From IMG/VR virus record IMGVR_UViG_3300032365_000024, positions 8,350 through 72,349 of that record: 64,000 nucleotides of DNA; one strand, 5' to 3'. The position numbers and the translations under genes are program-made. The stretch's first letter is position 1. Every line of letters starts with the position of its first letter. Shown one piece after another: positions 56,201 through 63,757 of this stretch. Origin of the DNA: a virus. Taxonomy: Duplodnaviria > Caudoviricetes. A model generated the notes under the pieces. It did no database searches. It was not told the DNA's origin and saw only the letters and a program-made list of their open reading frames with translations.

Positions 56201-57822
56201 AAATCATTCATAAATCTACCTCTAACCACTATCTTATCCCCAACTTTAAGATTTGATGCTTTTTTAAGTATTTTTTCGGTAGTATAAATTTTATGATTAC
56301 CAGTACATCTAATTATTCTATTATTTGAATGAGTTTCAAGAACAGAAGCATTTATCTCATATAAATCTCCCTTTCGTTCATACTTAAACCAATTAATTAT
56401 TCTTTTTGGTTCAACTTTTCCTGTTATCTTATTATAAGATAAAACACTAACTTGTTTTTTATTGTTAACAATAGTTCCTATATATTCTTTAGATCCATCC
56501 GATAAATTCACGTATTGTTTATATGGAAGACACATTTCATCAACAATAATAGCATCTACATCATATTTATTATGACGATTAAATTCCCATGATCCATCAC
56601 GTTTATATCCTAATGCACGATGAATAGTAAATGCAGGTTTATTAGTTACTTGTGATAACAATTTTGCAGCAATACCAGTTGGACTCAAAAGTGAATAATG
56701 TAAATTATTACGCTCAAATAAATGAACAAAAGCTGATATGAGAAGAGTTTTTCCGGTTCCAGGGTATCCTGAAATAGTTAGAACACGGGATTTTTTAATA
56801 GCCAAAAAAGCTTCACGTTGTTCATCAGATAATTGAAGCTCATACTTTTTTTCAAATTCCGCAAGAACCATGCCCAAATTACCAAAATCATATGGTTCTT
56901 GATCTAAGATAGAAGCTAATGCTTCTGCAGAACCATATTCATCCATCCAATGCTGATCTAAGTATAAACGATTTCCATCAGTATGAATATCACCAAGTTC
57001 TTGTAATTCTACAATAGATGAATATAAATGTGAGTCCGATAAATACCTACCGTGTGAAAATGGTTCAATATTATTACAACTAAATAATGTTTTGGCAGCA
57101 TAATTTCGAATCTGATCTGATGTACAAAAAAGATGACCCTCATTTGAGGCTAATTGTGACATAACAAATAAAATTATTGATCGTAAACGACGCGGATCAT
57201 CAATTCCAATACCTAATTTTCGTGCTGCTTGATCTGCAACAACAAATCCTATACCAGGAACTTCAGTTAAAGAATATGGATCATCTGTTATTACAGCTCG
57301 TGCATCCGTAACACCAAATCTAGTAAGAACATTTTTGATTGCTATTGGACCAAGTCCAAGCTCTGCTAGAAAAATAGATATTGTACGATTTTCAGATGCA
57401 GATGACCATTCTTTTTGAATAGCAGCAATTTGATTTCGATTCAGAAATGATAATTCTGATATTTTATCAGGTTCTTCATCAAGAATACGTAATAAATCAT
57501 CCCCAAAAGCATCATAAAGTCTGGCAGCAGTAATTGGACCAATAGACGGAACATTAGCAACTAAATATGTTATTACACCATTTCTACCTTTATCTGGAAT
57601 AATTTCACAAACTGAAGCACTAAATTGTCGCCCAAATTTTTCATGTTGTTCATAGCGACCTAAAAACTTCGCTTTTAGACCAATACCGATTGGAATACCA
57701 AGAAAATTTCCTTTAACCGATATCGGATTTGACTGTCCATCTTGAATCGTACGCAAAATATGAAAACCAGTTGCGTGATTTGAAAATAAGATTGCGGATA
57801 TCTTTGCAGTAAGTTCTTCCAT
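53233..57822 (-). CDS. recD2: RecD2 (RecD/TraA-family) SF1B helicase with two inteins (about 746 aa after splicing)
   Basis: N-terminal HhH (GIGPITA, DPYSLTEVPGIGF), GYPGTGKT, APTG-like SPTG, VDEM|SMVD, GD..QLPSVGAG, YNGD.G, YACTVHK|CQGQEF. Confidence 0.92.
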   Translation of the reverse strand: MEELTAKISAILFSNHATGFHILRTIQDGQSNPISVKGNFLGIPIGIGLKAKFLGRYEQHEKFGRQFSASVCEIIPDKGRNGVITYLVANVPSIGPITAARLYDAFGDDLLRILDEEPDKISELSFLNRNQIAAIQKEWSSASENRTISIFLAELGLGPIAIKNVLTRFGVTDARAVITDDPYSLTEVPGIGFVVADQAARKLGIGIDDPRRLRSIILFVMSQLASNEGHLFCTSDQIRNYAAKTLFSCNNIEPFSHGRYLSDSHLYSSIVELQELGDIHTDGNRLYLDQHWMDEYGSAEALASILDQEPYDFGNLGMVLAEFEKKYELQLSDEQREAFLAIKKSRVLTISGYPGTGKTLLISAFVHLFERNNLHYSLLSPTGIAAKLLSQVTNKPAFTIHRALGYKRDGSWEFNRHNKYDVDAIIVDEMCLPYKQYVNLSDGSKEYIGTIVNNKKQVSVLSYNKITGKVEPKRIINWFKYERKGDLYEINASVLETHSNNRIIRCTGNHKIYTTEKILKKASNLKVGDKIVVRGRFMNDFQKSFIMGSLLGDACCNRFSKNSCCFSFVHGEAQREYLQFKARLFHSKEYLSRGGFKPSKQLYRSDSPHLEEAINIYKLIYKNKRKTISREWLDQINEIGLSAWYMDDGQLVKERGKRSKHSTLSVKFHTEGFTKQENIIIRKWLNEKWGIKSSIYKNGKGHYFIRLFSESAYHLWDIIRPYIHECMAYKLPKCDVNNYINDSFFSFEPWKNIKFFEIQKIKKYTPCDKYNRYVYDIEVEDNHNYFSNNILVSNSMVDMQTFCRLITALSKKTVIIMVGDSAQLPSVGAGYVLHHLMECDVVPHVSLTRIYRQEKLSAIIKTSHAILRGESIDTQFDKQSEVMFLNYPQNEVVDQICQLTYLMKEKGSNFQVIAPVYDGDLGVHDLNRRMRSVLNPSYNPELTNFVKQGDTDLYEGDRIMIIQNDYDKMIYNGDVGKITRISLRDDEVDVKVFNWFDQESSCYINKIFTFKVEEVRQLLRVAYACTVHKCVSPDTLVETPNGLCRINNIKESGMIATPSGHSLYREKIANIPSKMLRIITVDGYIIEVTPDHGMDVWDDNIGYIRRPASALMEGNILSLKLGYEWGSQEFQSLPIPITGVNNEIIHKLPTVLDCDVAEFFGLMVADGTIYHGGFRLVKNSTDVVDRFIVLCESLFGVEAKRGLHNGTDGAEVSSTYIARWLSQIDGLEACNKAIPYIIIQSSLVIQSRFLRGLFEDGTVNINKKREISDHIELVTSVESIYKDVKVMLLRFGIISGLAWHRRVLSDGCTKKYHAICIYGCNIRKFAEQIGFITKWKQERALLPCGIDKKYQVPILKSEALAIRDANGGPQFFTLSDKNVLIRKRMSRHQLSDMLRRAVNITDDHRKLQLRLDFHHSAISSIEEFIGPSVCIEVPDGHRFIQNGFCGWNCQGQEFDYVIMPMTMRYGIMLYRNLIYTAITRARKKVFIFGDPRAFTVAVMNERETVRNSNLSSLIHTCFDMARARVIHES
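53479..54735 (-). mobile_element. RecD2 intein 2 (419 aa, LAGLIDADG)
   Basis: Starts CVSPDTLVETPNG; VTPDHG; FFGLMVADG and LRGLFEDG; ends HRFIQNGFCGWN; +1 Cys. Confidence 0.92.
55441..56532 (-). mobile_element. RecD2 intein 1 (364 aa, LAGLIDADG_2 type)
   Basis: Starts CLPYKQYVNLSDG; CTGNHKI; IMGSLLGDA and LSAWYMDDG; ends HNYFSNNILVSN; +1 Ser. Confidence 0.92.
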
Positions 57823-57839
57823 GTTATTATCTTATACTA

Positions 57840-58643
57840 TCATGACTTAATCATGTCATAAAACTTTGTTTCAGAAATAATTTTAACATCATATTTTTTA
57901 GCATTTCTCATTTTAGATGAACCAGTATCAAGATCATTAGTTATGAGATAAGATGTTTCTATTCCAACCGATCCTTTTACTGAACCACCATTATCAAGAA
58001 TTAATTTCTCGATAGCTTTACGAGGTTTAGATGTTGAACCAGTAATACAAAAAGATAAACCGGATAAAAGACCAGATGCAGTATTAATTGTAAGAACTTC
58101 TGCAAGATCTGCAATTATTGCACGACGCTCTTGAATTCCGTCATATATTTGTCTAGCGGTTATTTCACCAATATTTGGAACTAATATCAGCTTTTCAACT
58201 GTAAGAGTAAGAATACTATCAATAGTATTATACCCAAAAGATACAATATCAGACGCTGTCGCAGTTGCTAAATTCGGAATATTTAAAGACGCGATAAGAA
58301 GATCTAAAGTGATAGACTTATTAGCATGTAATACATCATAGCATTTTTTAGCGAATTTGATACCAGAACAGTGTCTAGCAATATCTTCTGGTTCAAGTCT
58401 ATATAAATCCGCTATTGATGATATTTCAGGGTTGTCAGGATTCGTAAGTGATTCGATTAAAGTATCACCCCAATGAAGTAGACCAAGCCGTTTAACCCAT
58501 ACTTTTATGGAACCAGTTAACTGGACTGGACAATTACGCGATCTACAGTATAAAAATTGTCCTTCAGTAGTAACCGGACCACCACAAGCAGGACACATAT
58601 TAGGAATAAGAAAAAGACCTTCTATATCGCCATCCATATTCAA
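57840..58643 (-). CDS. ligA: NAD-dependent DNA ligase, C-terminal part (Zn finger, HhH, BRCT)
   Basis: CPACG...CRSRNC, I.DLY.L, SLNIPNL, IPNIGEITA, BRCT LSGLSFCITGS...YLITN...K. Likely ATG is 58637. Confidence 0.88.
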   Translation of the reverse strand: MNMDGDIEGLFLIPNMCPACGGPVTTEGQFLYCRSRNCPVQLTGSIKVWVKRLGLLHWGDTLIESLTNPDNPEISSIADLYRLEPEDIARHCSGIKFAKKCYDVLHANKSITLDLLIASLNIPNLATATASDIVSFGYNTIDSILTLTVEKLILVPNIGEITARQIYDGIQERRAIIADLAEVLTINTASGLLSGLSFCITGSTSKPRKAIEKLILDNGGSVKGSVGIETSYLITNDLDTGSSKMRNAKKYDVKIISETKFYDMIKS

Positions 58644-58678
58644 ATATACAGGAAAAGAAATTATTTAATATAATTGGG

Positions 58679-59179
58679 TTATTTTTTCTCTTTCTCTTCC
58701 TCTTCTTCTTTATCTTTTTCTGGTTTTGAAACCTCCGGAACTTCTAAAACTTCAGGTGATGATTCTAAATCTTCACCTGAAGCTGATGGCGGTATTCCAG
58801 TATCACCAAATGGTTGGAAAAGTTCATCACTCCCATCCCCACCACTTCCGCTCTCACTACCATAAGCTAATTCGGAATCCGCCATTTCAAATTTACCACC
58901 ATAAAAAGCTTTAGAAAATGCTGATAATTCTTCACCAATAGTAAGTACCGCTTCTGATACCTTCATTAAACGGTCTAATTCTTCACCAACAAAATCACCT
59001 TGAAGACGCGCAAGTTTCGCATATAATACCGTACTATCCTTCAAGACATCCGCAATATAAGAATTAACACGTTGCCATTCCGCATCTTTGTCAACAGCTG
59101 TTGCATTTCTATATAAACCTCGCTTCACTTCGAGATCCTGAACAACAGATAGAGCTGCTCTAGCAAGTATTGACGACAT
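58679..59179 (-). CDS. Hypothetical helical/acidic protein (166 aa)
   Basis: SD GAGG; coiled-coil N-half and acidic tail; sits between the two ligase halves. Confidence 0.6.
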   Translation of the reverse strand: MSSILARAALSVVQDLEVKRGLYRNATAVDKDAEWQRVNSYIADVLKDSTVLYAKLARLQGDFVGEELDRLMKVSEAVLTIGEELSAFSKAFYGGKFEMADSELAYGSESGSGGDGSDELFQPFGDTGIPPSASGEDLESSPEVLEVPEVSKPEKDKEEEEEKEKK

Positions 59180-59251
59180 GGATTATCCTCAATCAAGTAA
59201 CTGACAAACAGCCTAATATTAAGACGATATATTTCAACCGTACTATTTAGT

Positions 59252-60361
59252 ATGGATAAAACTGAAGAAATATCTTTATTAGCTCAAGAACTAAAAAAGT
59301 ATCGCGAAGCATACTACAACCTAGATTCTATTGCAACTGATCAGGAATATGATGCCAAAAAATCCCGCCTTTTAGAACTAGATCCAACTCACTTTGAAGT
59401 TACAGTTGTAGGTGCTATCCCATCAAAGGTATCTGTGTGGGATAAAGTACGACATGAAATACCAATGGGTTCACTCAACAAAGTCAATTCTATAGATGAA
59501 TTTAAAGCCTGGGCCATGAGTATTAATACACAAGACTTCTTCATTACACATAAAATTGATGGTTCATCTATGGAATTAATATATAAAGCAGGAAAACTTA
59601 TTAGGTGTACCTCAAGAGGTGATGGTATTATCGGGGAGGACGTAACAGAAAATATCAAACAAATCCCATCAATACCAAAACAATTATCGGACCAGATAGA
59701 TGTTGTAATTCGTGGTGAAGTTGTAATGCACAAAAATATATTTCAAACGTTATATTCAGAAATATATGCTAATCCACGAAATACAGCTGCTGGAAAAGTT
59801 CGAGATAAGAAAAATGGTGGTGCCGATTGTCAAAATCTTGAATTTATCGCATATTGGATATTTGGCAAAGACCGTCCAAACACGATGTCTTCCATAATGG
59901 ATCGGTTGAATAGTTATAGATTCAATATTCCACATTATTATGATAGTGGAGATATTGAATCTATATGTTCATCATATAATAAAATCAAATTATCACGTGA
60001 TGACATACCATATGAAATTGATGGAATGGTAATATCTGTCAATTCAATTAACGAACTTGAAGAATTAGGTGAACACAATATGCGACCAAAAGGTCAGATT
60101 GCATGGAAATTTGATCCAGCAATGTCTGAAACTAATATAGTTGATATTAAATGGACTGTCGGAAGTTCCGGTCGCATAACCCCAGTAGCCATAGTTAATC
60201 CGGTTAACATCGGAGGAGTTATTGTAACAAACGTATCATTACATAATTTATCACTTTTCCGTGATTTAAAATTATCTAAAGGAAATCGAGTATTAATATC
60301 CCGCAGGAATGACGTTATACCGTACTGCGAACGTAATTTGGATCTCACTGAGGATACTTAA
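59252..60361 (+). CDS. ligA: NAD-dependent DNA ligase, N-terminal part (Ia, adenylation and OB domains)
   Basis: YY......D.EYD, H..PMGSL.K, KIDG, SRGDG..GEDVT, RGE, NPRN.AAG, DGMV, AWKF, G.SG.ITPVA, R.NDVIP then stop. Confidence 0.92.
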   Translation: MDKTEEISLLAQELKKYREAYYNLDSIATDQEYDAKKSRLLELDPTHFEVTVVGAIPSKVSVWDKVRHEIPMGSLNKVNSIDEFKAWAMSINTQDFFITHKIDGSSMELIYKAGKLIRCTSRGDGIIGEDVTENIKQIPSIPKQLSDQIDVVIRGEVVMHKNIFQTLYSEIYANPRNTAAGKVRDKKNGGADCQNLEFIAYWIFGKDRPNTMSSIMDRLNSYRFNIPHYYDSGDIESICSSYNKIKLSRDDIPYEIDGMVISVNSINELEELGEHNMRPKGQIAWKFDPAMSETNIVDIKWTVGSSGRITPVAIVNPVNIGGVIVTNVSLHNLSLFRDLKLSKGNRVLISRRNDVIPYCERNLDLTEDT

Positions 60362-60436
60362 TTTTATATTTCATACATGGTATTTGATTAATAACCGGAC
60401 GAACTAAATTCATGAACATAGGTGTTTCTTTTTCTT

Positions 60437-60616
60437 TTAAAGAAATAACTGGTCCATTTTTGATACATAAACAAATGTAGTAAACCCAACATTCAGTAAT
60501 TTATTTCTGAAAAAATTTATTTCATACATATTAAAAGAATATGTTGAAAATCTAACAACAACACTCTTATCTTTATAACATGAAGTACCATATATTATTT
60601 CAATGTCGTAAGTCAT
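60437..60616 (-). CDS. Possible small hypothetical protein (59 aa; trimmed from the 60437-60793 ORF)
   Basis: The non-overlapping part of the track ORF from an internal ATG; no supporting motif. Confidence 0.3.
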   Translation of the reverse strand: MTYDIEIIYGTSCYKDKSVVVRFSTYSFNMYEINFFRNKLLNVGFTTFVYVSKMDQLFL

Positions 60617-60640
60617 AGATTTTAACGTGTATAATATTTC

Positions 60641-61849
60641 ATGTCTGGATACGAAATAATCGAAGGAAGTCGAGTTCCAATTCTCGCCTGGACAAAAGGC
60701 GTTGTATTTGAACCTGGAGCAAAAATACAACTCATACAGACAGGTATGCTTCCCATAATTTATCGGCATATTGCTGTTATGCCTGATGTGCACTTCGGTC
60801 GAGGTTCGACCGTAGGAAGTGTAATTCCAACACTTCGTGCCATTATCCCGGGGGCTGTCGGTGTTGATCTGGGATGTGGTATGATAGCCGTGCGTACATC
60901 TCTTATGGCGTCACAACTACCAGATAATGCCGATAAATTACTATTTGACCACATATCAGCTGCAGTACCGCATGGTAGTGCTAAAAAAAACAATGTTGGG
61001 AACTGGTCTAAAATTCCTGGATATGTAAATAATGCTTGGTCAAAACTTGCGCCAAGATTTAATGAAATAATTCGACGACACGGACGATCTGATATCGCTC
61101 CATGTGAAGCTCAACTTGGTACCCTTGGAGGAGGAAATCATTTCATATCTATATGTCTAGATGAAATTCAAAATATATGGATAGTTTTACATTCCGGTTC
61201 TCGTGGAATCGGAAATAAAATCGGAACATATTTTACTGAATTAGCAAAAAAGAATGCAGAAAAAATGTGTTATTCTTTACCAAATAAAGATCTTGCATAT
61301 TTTGAAGAAGGATCAGAATATTTCAATAATTATATTGATGCCATGTTATGGGCACAAAAATATGCACAAGTTAATCGTGAATTAATATTAAGAACTACAT
61401 TAGATGCTATTAATAAAAGCAATCTTCCTCGTTTCACATTAACTGAAGAAACAAATATTCATCATAATTATGCTCAAAAAGAAATCCATTTTGAACAAGA
61501 AGTATGGATCACTCGTAAAGGTGCAACTAGTGCTAAATTAGATGAAATAGGAATCATTCCAGGATGCATGGCAGGAACTATTTATATAACAAAAGGAAAA
61601 GGAAATCCTGATAGTTTTTGTTCATGCAGTCATGGTGCTGGACGAATAATGAGTAGAGGAGATGCAAAAAGATCAATTACTCTCGAACAACATAGAATTG
61701 CAACCAAAAATACTGCATGTAGACAGGATAGAGATGTGATAGACGAAAGTCCTGCAGCATATAAAGACATAAATGCCGTTATGGCCGCGCAAGCAGATTT
61801 AGTTGATATTGTGCACACTCTACATGAAATTGTTAATATTAAAGGATAA
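60641..61849 (+). CDS. rtcB: RtcB RNA ligase (3'-P/cyclic-P to 5'-OH)
   Basis: MPDVH.G.G..VG, VGVDLGCG, LGTLGGGNHF, HSGSRG, HHN, RKGA, SHGAGR, DESP.AYK. Confidence 0.95.
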   Translation: MSGYEIIEGSRVPILAWTKGVVFEPGAKIQLIQTGMLPIIYRHIAVMPDVHFGRGSTVGSVIPTLRAIIPGAVGVDLGCGMIAVRTSLMASQLPDNADKLLFDHISAAVPHGSAKKNNVGNWSKIPGYVNNAWSKLAPRFNEIIRRHGRSDIAPCEAQLGTLGGGNHFISICLDEIQNIWIVLHSGSRGIGNKIGTYFTELAKKNAEKMCYSLPNKDLAYFEEGSEYFNNYIDAMLWAQKYAQVNRELILRTTLDAINKSNLPRFTLTEETNIHHNYAQKEIHFEQEVWITRKGATSAKLDEIGIIPGCMAGTIYITKGKGNPDSFCSCSHGAGRIMSRGDAKRSITLEQHRIATKNTACRQDRDVIDESPAAYKDINAVMAAQADLVDIVHTLHEIVNIKG

Positions 61850-61872
61850 TCTCCGCATATCGTTTTACCTTA

Positions 61873-62433
61873 TTATGCTTTCTCAACTTTATCCTTTAAA
61901 GAAGCACAAAATGCAGCTGGGTCATCAACTTTTCCTTCCATCTTTTTAATACATTTTGTAACAGATTTACCGATGGAATTCCAGAACTTTTTACGAGATT
62001 CTGGTGTCCATCCTCCGGGCATACTTTCCCATGCCTCTGCAACTTGCTCACCAGCCATATGAAGTATATCTTGCCCAAAAATTGCAGAAGCCAGTACTCT
62101 ATTAATACGAAGAGATGCCATCCGTTCAGCACACGGAGGACAAATAAAAGCAATCTCCTCTCTTGTTACCCAAAAATCTGGAAGTTTATCATCTATAGAT
62201 AAAATTACTCTACGAAGATCCTTAGCTACTAAGTGACGATTAGGAAATCGAGACTTATCAATTCGATCAGCAACATTACGAAGTTCTAAAGCAAGACGAT
62301 CAGGACTCATGGGAATGTCCTTATTAGCACATGGGCAGTTACATTTACATTTAGGTCCGCATTGACATGATTGAAGAGGACCATATCCACAATCACAAAT
62401 AGTTTTATCTAAACTCATATTTAAACATATCAT
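61873..62433 (-). CDS. Hypothetical protein: Cys-rich N-terminus, LRxVAxRI module, C-terminal Cys-containing helical domain
   Basis: CDC..CQC..CKCNCPC; MSPDRLALELRNVADRIDKSRFPNRHLVAKDL; PGGWT..SRKKFW...KCIKKMEGKVDDPAAFCASL. Confidence 0.6.
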   Translation of the reverse strand: MICLNMSLDKTICDCGYGPLQSCQCGPKCKCNCPCANKDIPMSPDRLALELRNVADRIDKSRFPNRHLVAKDLRRVILSIDDKLPDFWVTREEIAFICPPCAERMASLRINRVLASAIFGQDILHMAGEQVAEAWESMPGGWTPESRKKFWNSIGKSVTKCIKKMEGKVDDPAAFCASLKDKVEKA

Positions 62434-62440
62434 AGAAAGA

Positions 62441-62653
62441 CTATCCCTGAATTGATTTTAATGTTTCTTCCATCTTCTCCATTGATTCAAGAGAAATGCA
62501 TGTAAAACGAATTTGTTTGCCTTCAAATTGCTTAAGATGCTTCTCTACGGGAAAAGATTCACCATCATCATTAATAATACATAATTCCCCATTGGAATCT
62601 TTAGTCACAATCCCATCAATAACTACTCCAATATCAATTTGATTTGTATCCAT
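62441..62653 (-). CDS. Hypothetical protein (70 aa)
   Basis: G-TATGGT-N5-ATG upstream. Confidence 0.55.
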   Translation of the reverse strand: MDTNQIDIGVVIDGIVTKDSNGELCIINDDGESFPVEKHLKQFEGKQIRFTCISLESMEKMEETLKSIQG

Positions 62654-62668
62654 ATATAACCATACAAA

Positions 62669-63709
62669 TCAGGCAGCTTGTTCTCCTTCTTTAGGAAAAT
62701 TTAAACGAGCGAATTCACCAAAATATTCACGCGCAGCGTCATCATATGCTTTTGCTGCCCATATTGCATCATTATAAGTACCAAGATATACTTGTTTATA
62801 GTTTATAGTAATAGTTGCTTGATAATATCCATTTTTCCTTAAATGAACACCACGATAACCTGAATTTGATCCAGCACCACGATCAACACGATTCATCACA
62901 TTGGTGGATCGAGTCGCTAATCTCAAATTCGATTGTCTATTATCAATTCGATTACCATTAATATGATCTACTTCAACATAAGGTGGAGCATTTATTATTT
63001 CACGATGCATCGAAAATTTCACACATAATCCATCACAGTATTCTTGTCGAAAAGCATAACCTTTATGAATATACCATCTATATTTTGAAATTTTTTCATA
63101 ATTAATTTCATCAATCAGTGCAAATTTATTTTGACCAAGTGATATCCATCTAGCTCCCAGTATGAAATTTGGCTCCGGAAAATCACGTGAATCCAACATC
63201 TTTTCATGACAACATTCAAGTGAACAATATTTTGAATCTTCACGTGATTGTTTAACACAAAATTCTATCCCACAGTTATCACAAGATATCCAAACTGATT
63301 TCTTCAAAGACTCATGACAACATTCAAGTGAACAGTATTTTTGTTCACTTGAAGATGGTCTGGTAAAAACTTTTCCACATTGATCACAAATTATATCAAT
63401 TCTCATTGTTTCAAATTGACATTTCTGCGAACAAAATCTAGCAGTTTCATCTCGATTTGATCTAATCAAAAATGATTTTCGACATCTTTCACATAATTTT
63501 TGTATGGGACCTGATTTAATACGACAAGCATCAGAACAGTATTTAGCTCTTTTAGCTTGAATAGCCGGAGAAAAAAATTTATTATTACATACTAAGCACA
63601 CTACTTCAACAACAGCTTCATTTAAACAATCTCTGGAACAATATTGAATCCTAGAAAGACTAGGTTTAACCGAAAATAACTTTCCACAATGCAGACATGT
63701 TTTATCCAT
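62669..63709 (-). CDS. HNH-AP2 homing endonuclease with five CxxC...CSxxC repeats
   Basis: VDHINGNRIDNRQSNLR; AP2 YRGV...AAKAYDDAA..FGEFA.LNF; directly downstream of the RNR gene. Confidence 0.88.
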   Translation of the reverse strand: MDKTCLHCGKLFSVKPSLSRIQYCSRDCLNEAVVEVVCLVCNNKFFSPAIQAKRAKYCSDACRIKSGPIQKLCERCRKSFLIRSNRDETARFCSQKCQFETMRIDIICDQCGKVFTRPSSSEQKYCSLECCHESLKKSVWISCDNCGIEFCVKQSREDSKYCSLECCHEKMLDSRDFPEPNFILGARWISLGQNKFALIDEINYEKISKYRWYIHKGYAFRQEYCDGLCVKFSMHREIINAPPYVEVDHINGNRIDNRQSNLRLATRSTNVMNRVDRGAGSNSGYRGVHLRKNGYYQATITINYKQVYLGTYNDAIWAAKAYDDAAREYFGEFARLNFPKEGEQAA

Positions 63710-63757
63710 ATCTACACTTTACAACAAAAGCCTATCTACTGTTTATATACTATTATA

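Noticed and set aside
58674-58865. Ser-rich + strand ORF
   Set aside because: Antisense of the Glu/Lys-rich tail of the 58679 gene.
57840-60361. Split intein joining the ligase halves
   Set aside because: Neither the end of the N-part nor the start of the C-part has Hint motifs.
60617-60793. 5' extension of the 118-aa minus-strand ORF
   Set aside because: It overlaps the well-supported rtcB start on the opposite strand.
410-61818. Numerous short antisense or nested ORFs in the track (e.g. 410, 8190, 10731, 17878, 31905, 43133, 48567, 59389)
   Set aside because: They are fully nested in well-supported genes, lack SD or -10 signals, and have no recognisable motifs.
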